The notes below the pieces were generated by a model. It searched no databases. It was not told the origin of the DNA and saw nothing but the letters and a program-made list of their open reading frames with translations. From Chloroflexota bacterium (lineage in GTDB: Bacteria; Chloroflexota; Dehalococcoidia; GIF9; UBA5629): 64,000 bases of DNA. Of the stretch, positions 58,029 through 64,000 are shown piece after piece; position 1 is the first letter of the stretch; the number at the start of each line of letters is the position of its first letter. The stretch lies in NCBI GenBank assembly GCA_016865895.1, contig VGNY01000001.1, positions 1,533 through 65,532 on the forward strand. The letters run 5' to 3'. A program made the position numbers and the translations under genes.

Positions 58029-58078
58029 CGAAGCGAAGAGTCTCCAGAGATTCTTCGCCCACAGGGCTCAGAATAACA
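58017..58078. repeat. short (62 bp) family A MITE-like element
   Basis: tgtcactctgagcgaagcgaagagtctc ... gattcttcgc ... ctcagaataaca. Confidence 0.7.
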
Positions 58079-58087
58079 AGTGGCATG

Positions 58088-59572
58088 TTAACAAGCCATG
58101 CCACACTGCCGCTTCTCCAATTCTTTGCGCACGAGTTCTATCGCTTCCTCCCTGGTATTCAGTTCGCCGGCCGCCTGAGCCTCACGCACCTCAGCCAAAA
58201 GCTCCCCAAGCAGACGTCCCGGCTTCAACCCAAAAACATCCATTAAATCATGACCATCAATTAGCCTGACCGGTAAAACATCAGCCTCCTGTTTTAAGTG
58301 CTCCGCCAGTATATAGCAAATCAACTGATTATGCTGCTGCCATTCCTCAACATCGAGGCGAGGCCCCCAGGTAGCCAGATAATCAGCCAGAGCTAAAAAA
58401 AGGACATCAACGCCGGCATCTTCAGTATCACGAAAATACCGGTAAATAGCCCGGCGGGTAGGCAAACCATCGTTAGTCATCTGCACGGGACGCAAATGAT
58501 GATAAACCAGGTTCTCCACCAGCCTTATTTCCCGGTTACTGAAGCGCAATCGCTCCAAACCCGCTACCGCCATCGCTGCGCCCTGTTTAGTATGCCCGAG
58601 AAAACGTATCCTGCCCGTCTCGTCAACTGCCTTAGTCGCTGGTTTGGCAATATCATGCATCAGTGCTCCCAATTTGAGCAGCAGTCTCCGGCTGCTGCCG
58701 CTGGATACATCCTCACTGAAATGCCGACTTATCTCCTCCGACCACGGTGTTACCTTCAACAAATCCTCTTTACCATATTTCCACAGGCTCTCTCGGAGCA
58801 AAAACTCTACAGCAGCCACCGTCTCCACAGAATGGTCAAAGACATCCCAGTAGTGCTCCTTGGGTTGCTCCACCCCTTTCATGCTTTCCAGTTCAGGAAT
58901 CAGTCGAGTGAGCAGTCCTAACCTGTCCAGATAACGCACTATGTCTGCGGAACCGGGCAAAGCCAGCATCCTCACCATCTCTTCACGCAGCCGCTCTCCG
59001 GAAACAACTTTGACCATGTGGCAATTTTCTTGAATCAACTCCTCAGTTCCTGGCTCAATCTCAAAGCCTAGCTCGGTAGCCAGCCTGACCCCCCGAAGCA
59101 ACCTGGCCCCGTCCTCCACAAAAATCCGCCGGTTCATTGCCCTCATCAGTCTCTTCTTCAAATCGATTTGCCCGGAGAAGGGGTCAATAATTTGAGAAGA
59201 GCTAGAGAGAAGGTCTTGAAGCTCCACTGCCATAGCATCTACAGTGAAGTCACGCCGTGCCAGGTCATTCTGGATGTTGCCTGAGAATGAAGTAAAATCC
59301 AGATGCCATGGCTCATCATCCTCAGTAGCTACCACCCTGGCTACGCTATTAGCTTCATCCAACAATACACATCGGCCACCAACGGCTTTAGCCACATCCT
59401 GAGCTATGGTCAGGGCGTCCCCACCAACGGCGATATCCACGTCCCTCGTTTCTCTCTCCAGCAGCCAATCGCGGACAAAGCCACCAACCACATAAGCTAG
59501 GCGATTGTGTTGGGTGGCGATAGCGGATACTTTGGTCAGCAGACCAAGCAAATCTTGTTTCATGTCAGGCAT
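58088..59572 (-). CDS. CCA-adding enzyme/poly(A) polymerase family nucleotidyltransferase with HD domain
   Basis: Motifs VVGGFVRDWLL and RDVDIAV. C-terminal HD region (LMHDIAKP). Confidence 0.8.
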   Translation of the reverse strand: MPDMKQDLLGLLTKVSAIATQHNRLAYVVGGFVRDWLLERETRDVDIAVGGDALTIAQDVAKAVGGRCVLLDEANSVARVVATEDDEPWHLDFTSFSGNIQNDLARRDFTVDAMAVELQDLLSSSSQIIDPFSGQIDLKKRLMRAMNRRIFVEDGARLLRGVRLATELGFEIEPGTEELIQENCHMVKVVSGERLREEMVRMLALPGSADIVRYLDRLGLLTRLIPELESMKGVEQPKEHYWDVFDHSVETVAAVEFLLRESLWKYGKEDLLKVTPWSEEISRHFSEDVSSGSSRRLLLKLGALMHDIAKPATKAVDETGRIRFLGHTKQGAAMAVAGLERLRFSNREIRLVENLVYHHLRPVQMTNDGLPTRRAIYRYFRDTEDAGVDVLFLALADYLATWGPRLDVEEWQQHNQLICYILAEHLKQEADVLPVRLIDGHDLMDVFGLKPGRLLGELLAEVREAQAAGELNTREEAIELVRKELEKRQCGMAC

Positions 59573-59660
59573 TGCGTCAAATTATAGCCCGTGATAGGCA
59601 AATTGTAAAGAACAGTTCCTAACTTGTTGGTTATCTCCTGTCACGTTATAATTAGACACA

Positions 59661-60773
59661 ATGCAATATAAACGTGTGGTCGCCAAGTTAGGCACTAACT
59701 TGCTTACGGGAGGCACTGGTCACCTTGATTTTAGTATTATGTCAAGTCTGGTTGAACAGGTGGCTCAGCTTCACCAGCAGGGATATGAGATAATCATCGT
59801 GTCTTCTGGGGCAATTGCTGCCGGCAGACAGAAATTGGGCATAACCAAGGAACAAAAAGGCATCCCATTCAAACAGGTCCTTGCCTCAGTCGGCCAAAGC
59901 CAGCTTATGAATGCTTATGAGCAGCTTTTCAGCCAACATAATTTGATTATAGCTCAGGCACTGCTGACCAGGTCTGACCTGGTTGACCGCGCCGGCTATT
60001 TGAACGCTCGCAACACCCTACTGGCTCTAATTGAACTAGGTGTTATTTGCATCGTGAACGAGAATGACGTAGTTGCCACCGACGAACTCGGTGAGTTTAT
60101 TTTCGGAGATAATGACAATCTTTCTGCTATGGTGGCAAATCTGGTCGATGCCGACCTTCTGACACTGCTTACCGATATAGACGGCCTGTACACTGCAGAC
60201 CCACAGCGTGACCCCAAAGCCAAGCTCATACCCAGGGTTGAAAGGATAGATGCCGAGGTCGAGCGCTTGGCTGGCGATACTGCCAGCGCTTATGGCGTCG
60301 GTGGCATGATAACCAAGCTGGAGGCTGCTAACCTAGCAACGGCTTCCGGCGTAACCGTGGTCATCGCCAACGGACGCAAACCCGATATCCTGACACAAAT
60401 TGCCTATGGAAAAAGCATCGGCACCATATTCCCGCCACGGACCAGCAAACTGGAAAGCAAGAAGCGATGGATGCTCAGCGGGCTTGCCTCCAAGGGCAAA
60501 TTGACAATCGATGACGGGGCTGTCTTGGCCCTAAAAAAACAGAACCGAAGTTTGCTTCCCGCCGGCGTTGTAGACGTGGATGGTGAATTTCAGCGCGGCG
60601 ATGTGGTAGATATTTTCGATTCGAAAGGCAACCACATCGGCTGCGGTATACCCAACTACAGCTCGCAGGATATCGCTAAAATCAAAGGTGCCCACTCCGA
60701 TGAAATCTCAAGCCTACTCGGCTACGAATACGGCACTGAGGTAATCCATCGGAATAATATGGTTCTATTGTAG
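59661..60773 (+). CDS. proB: glutamate 5-kinase (with PUA domain)
   Basis: Motifs [21 protein letters not shown] and NENDVVAT. C-terminal PUA-like [18 protein letters not shown]. Confidence 0.9.
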   Translation: MQYKRVVAKLGTNLLTGGTGHLDFSIMSSLVEQVAQLHQQGYEIIIVSSGAIAAGRQKLGITKEQKGIPFKQVLASVGQSQLMNAYEQLFSQHNLIIAQALLTRSDLVDRAGYLNARNTLLALIELGVICIVNENDVVATDELGEFIFGDNDNLSAMVANLVDADLLTLLTDIDGLYTADPQRDPKAKLIPRVERIDAEVERLAGDTASAYGVGGMITKLEAANLATASGVTVVIANGRKPDILTQIAYGKSIGTIFPPRTSKLESKKRWMLSGLASKGKLTIDDGAVLALKKQNRSLLPAGVVDVDGEFQRGDVVDIFDSKGNHIGCGIPNYSSQDIAKIKGAHSDEISSLLGYEYGTEVIHRNNMVLL

Positions 60774-60784
60774 GGCATGAAGCA

Positions 60785-61537
60785 ATGCTAGTGTTTGTTG
60801 ATGAATCTGAATGGCCAAAACCATCTGCCTCTGGTGGTTACACAGTCTGGGCAGCAGCCGCTCTACACCCAGAGTTAAGCAAAACCTTTTCTAGGGAAGT
60901 TTTTAATTTAGAAAGAAAGTTTTGGCGAATCAGCGAACCTCATGAATTTGAAATTAAAGGCAGGATGCTCCTGAATAAACGAGCACTTACCAGCCCTAAG
61001 AAACTGGAATTTGTAGACGAAATTTTAAGTCTTTGCAAGCGCTATCAATTATCTGCCTTCGCAATAGGTATGCGACAGTTTGAGGAACAGATGCTGGAGG
61101 GTTTTAGCAGAGAGGAGTCTAGAATATTTAGAGTGTACCACTACCTCTTAGAAAGAGTCGAGGCTATGATGCAAGAAAGCTATCCTGACGATATGGCCAT
61201 CGTCCTTCTTGATTCCAGTGACAAGGAAACTAATAAACGCCGTGCGCTAGCCTTCGGCAACTTTCTTTATGGGCATGAAGTAGGCAAAAGCGTCCAAAAG
61301 ATTGTCGAAACGCCTTTCTTTGTTAGCTCCTCGCTTACACCTGGAATTCAAATAGCAGACCTCTTCGCTTATGCGTTGGCACAACAGAACCTAGAACGCA
61401 AAGAGCCAAAGCTGAAGAAAATTTGTGACAGAATACGAGAGCTAGAATGGCGAAGCAACCGGCTTGATGCTGAGCATCCTCTGAGAGGATTCAGATTTGT
61501 TGACGTACCAGACAAACCAGCCAGAGAAACAAAATAA
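60785..61537 (+). CDS. DUF3800-family protein
   Basis: N-terminal VFVDESE and C-terminal TPGIQIADLFAYAL match the two hallmark DUF3800 motifs as I recall them. Confidence 0.65.
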   Translation: MLVFVDESEWPKPSASGGYTVWAAAALHPELSKTFSREVFNLERKFWRISEPHEFEIKGRMLLNKRALTSPKKLEFVDEILSLCKRYQLSAFAIGMRQFEEQMLEGFSREESRIFRVYHYLLERVEAMMQESYPDDMAIVLLDSSDKETNKRRALAFGNFLYGHEVGKSVQKIVETPFFVSSSLTPGIQIADLFAYALAQQNLERKEPKLKKICDRIRELEWRSNRLDAEHPLRGFRFVDVPDKPARETK

Positions 61538-61659
61538 AAAAGAACTGGCAGCTTCAAAGAAGCTCGCGGCATTGCGTATTAGGCAATGCACCAATTCTTT
61601 ATGTTAATATAATAACATAATACTAGATTTTGTCAATACCCCATTTTGAGGGAAATGAT

Positions 61660-63090
61660 ATGGATAAGTTGAAAACCAATGTTCTATACTACGGCGATAA
61701 CCTGAAAATCCTGCGCGAGCACATACCTGATAACTCTATTGACCTGATATATCTCGACCCTCCGTTCAACAGCAAAAAAGACTATAACATCCTATTCAAG
61801 GAAAATGGTGGAGTTGAGTCCGAAGCCCAAATAAAAGCCTTCACCGATACCTGGCACTGGACCCAAAGTGCACAAAATACCTACCATGACATCGTTACCA
61901 CCGGCCCACTCAAAGTTGGACAATTGATTGGCGCCTTGCACGATGCCATAGGACAGAACGATGTCATGGCATACCTGGTGATGATGACCGCCAGGCTGAT
62001 AGAACTGCATCGCGTCCTCAAGCCAACAGGCTCGCTCTATCTTCATTGCGACCCAACTATGAGCCACTATATAAAGCTAATCCTTGACCAGATATTTGGC
62101 GCCAGTAATTTCCAGAACGAGATAATTTGGTTTTATAAAACTGGTGGTGCTAGTGCGAAAAGATTCGCACGGAAACACGATACAATATTCTTCTACACGA
62201 AATCAGGCCGATATAGATTCAACCCCCAAAAAGAAAAATCATATATGATGCATGAGTACGGATTTAAGAAAAGCAACTTCCAAAAAGATGAACTTGGACA
62301 ATACAGTTGGGTTTATACAAAAGATGTTTGGGAAATCCCGGCAGTCGGCTCGGCAACAAAAGAGCGCCTAGGCTATCCCACCCAGAAACCATTCGACCTA
62401 TTGGAGCGAATCACTAAAGCAAGCTCTAAAGAAGGCGATGTAGTCCTTGACCCGTTCTGTGGCTGTGGTACTACTATTGTAGCAGCTCAAAAGCTCAATC
62501 GCCGATGGATAGGCATTGACATCACACACCTGGCTATTACTCTGATGAAAAATCGTATTCAAGACAGCTTTGGCAACATTCCAATCGAAGTTATCGGCGA
62601 ACCTGAGGATTTGGCTGGGGCTCGTGCCTTAGCCCACCAGGACAGATACCAATTCCAGTACTGGGCACTGGGACTGATTAAAGCCAGACCGCTTGGAGAA
62701 AAGAAGAAGGGCGCTGATAAAGGCATTGATGGGGTTATCCAGTTCATAGATGACGCCAGTGGCAAGGCAAAACGGGCCGTGGTTCAGGTAAAAAGCGGGC
62801 ATGTCAGCGTCAACGCCGTCAGGGAGCTGAAAGCAGTCGCAGTGCATGATGCACTAGGCATTTTCATCACCCTTGAGCCACCCACACAACCGATGCTGAC
62901 TGAAGCAGTAAGCACCGGTATCTATCATTCCCCGGGGTGGGATAAAGACTACCCCAAAATACAGATATTGACTATAGAGGAACTATTACAGGGCAAAACT
63001 GTTGATATGCCCCCATTAACACAGACGGGTATTACCTTTGCCAAAGCGCCGAAAGTTTCGACTGAAGAAGGCGAACAGTTATCAATGTGA
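61660..63090 (+). CDS. beta-class N6/N4 DNA methyltransferase fused to a C-terminal Mrr-like PD-(D/E)xK nuclease-fold domain
   Basis: Motif IV DLIYLDPPFNS precedes motif I VLDPFCGCGTT. The C-terminal DKGIDGVIQF...AVVQVKSGHVSVNAVREL resembles the Mrr catalytic domain. ATG at 61660. Confidence 0.75.
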   Translation: MDKLKTNVLYYGDNLKILREHIPDNSIDLIYLDPPFNSKKDYNILFKENGGVESEAQIKAFTDTWHWTQSAQNTYHDIVTTGPLKVGQLIGALHDAIGQNDVMAYLVMMTARLIELHRVLKPTGSLYLHCDPTMSHYIKLILDQIFGASNFQNEIIWFYKTGGASAKRFARKHDTIFFYTKSGRYRFNPQKEKSYMMHEYGFKKSNFQKDELGQYSWVYTKDVWEIPAVGSATKERLGYPTQKPFDLLERITKASSKEGDVVLDPFCGCGTTIVAAQKLNRRWIGIDITHLAITLMKNRIQDSFGNIPIEVIGEPEDLAGARALAHQDRYQFQYWALGLIKARPLGEKKKGADKGIDGVIQFIDDASGKAKRAVVQVKSGHVSVNAVRELKAVAVHDALGIFITLEPPTQPMLTEAVSTGIYHSPGWDKDYPKIQILTIEELLQGKTVDMPPLTQTGITFAKAPKVSTEEGEQLSM

Positions 63091-63126
63091 AGCACCTGAA
63101 ATCAGCTTGTGCATTGAGGAGTAAAC

Positions 63127-64000
63127 ATGAAATCTGCAGTTACCGAGCTTGAAGAAAAAGGGGTAACAGCCAAGGCGGCTTCAAGGAAGCTTGCCTTTCT
63201 GCCTACTGAGGTCAAAAATGAAGCTTTGCTTGCTATCGCCGATGCCCTCATAGCCAGGCAAGACGCAATCCTGGCAGCCAATAAGCTCGACTATAAGGAG
63301 TCCGAAGCTTCAGGTATGAGCACAGCTATGCTCGATAGGCTTATGTTGTCATCAGGTCGTCTTGAAGCTATAGCCCAGGATGTAAGAACTGTAGCCGCGC
63401 TTCCCGACCCTGTAGGTGAAGTGATTGAAGAGCGCACGCTGCCCAACGGCCTGCATCTGAGCAAAAAACGGGTACCGCTTGGCGTTATCGGTGCCATCTA
63501 CGAGAGCCGCCCCAATGTCACCGTGGACATTTCTGTCCTATGCCTCAAATCAGGCAATGCCGTGATTCTTCGCGGTGGCAAAGAGGCACTCCGTTCCAAC
63601 CTGGCTCTAGCCAAGGTTGTTCAAGAAGCTGCTTACAAAGTTGGCGTGCCCCAGGGAGCTGTACAGATAATAGAGTCCACAGATAGGACGCTGGTTGACC
63701 GGATGCTCAAGATGAAAGACACTATAGACCTCATAATCCCTCGCGGTGGTGCCGGCTTGATAAAGTCGGTTGCCGAAAATGCCGCCATGCCCGTGCTTAC
63801 CGGCGGTATTGGCATCTGTCATACCTATGTGGACAAAAGCGCTAACCTAGAAAAAGCAGTGGCCATTGCCTATAACGCCAAGGTTCAGCGGCCGACTGTC
63901 TGTAACGCTCTGGATACGCTTCTGGTTCACGTTAAAATCGCCCCACAATATCTACCTTTAATTGCCCAGGAATGGGCAAAGGCAGGGGTGGAAATGCACT
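63127..64000 (+). CDS. proA: gamma-glutamyl phosphate reductase (5' part; runs off the window)
   Basis: ATG at 63127 follows GAGGAG. VPLGVIGAIYESRPNVTVDISVLCLKSGNAVILRGGKEA is canonical ProA. The frame is open to the window end. Confidence 0.9.
   Translation, partial: MKSAVTELEEKGVTAKAASRKLAFLPTEVKNEALLAIADALIARQDAILAANKLDYKESEASGMSTAMLDRLMLSSGRLEAIAQDVRTVAALPDPVGEVIEERTLPNGLHLSKKRVPLGVIGAIYESRPNVTVDISVLCLKSGNAVILRGGKEALRSNLALAKVVQEAAYKVGVPQGAVQIIESTDRTLVDRMLKMKDTIDLIIPRGGAGLIKSVAENAAMPVLTGGIGICHTYVDKSANLEKAVAIAYNAKVQRPTVCNALDTLLVHVKIAPQYLPLIAQEWAKAGVEMH

Overview
This is a dense 64-kb chromosomal segment with about 60 protein genes. Shine-Dalgarno sites are strong, GTG/TTG starts are frequent, and many adjacent genes overlap by 4 nt. 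Gene content suggests an anaerobic, probably uncultured bacterium: a glycyl-radical enzyme, a B12-dependent acyl-CoA mutase, several radical-SAM enzymes and an ECF Co/Ni transporter. Taxonomy cannot be fixed from the sequence alone.

Housekeeping blocks:
- A complete F1Fo ATP synthase operon (atpZ/I-B-E-F-H-A-G-D-C).
- rpsP plus a KH-domain protein, and nfi.
- prfB with its classical programmed +1 frameshift.
- secDF, a CCA/poly(A) polymerase-family enzyme, and proB/proA.

Metabolic and accessory blocks:
- A TRAP transporter, crotonase, DUF512 radical SAM protein, split B12 mutase and CoA-transferase cluster.
- A lysine 2,3-aminomutase, two ATP-grasp ligases and a GNAT in one operon.
- A polysaccharide module: sugar nucleotidyltransferase, zinc-ribbon-KaiC-like ATPase and processive GT2.
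- An orphan glycyl-radical enzyme.
- A Fur-family regulator next to cbiM-PDGLE-cbiQ-cbiO.
- An Mre11/SbcD-like nuclease with a membrane-anchored Rad50/YhaN-like ATPase.

The most interesting candidates are:
- (i) A five-gene island of uncharacterised proteins at 10.1-13.6 kb, driven by a perfect consensus promoter.
- (ii) The kamA/2x ATP-grasp/GNAT operon.
- (iii) A DUF3800 gene plus a methyltransferase-Mrr-like fusion wedged between proB and proA.

The window is also littered with at least three families of short palindromic or MITE-like repeats. These create spurious ORFs and have been absorbed into one real CDS. I recognised no rRNA, tRNA, CRISPR array, transposase or integrase.
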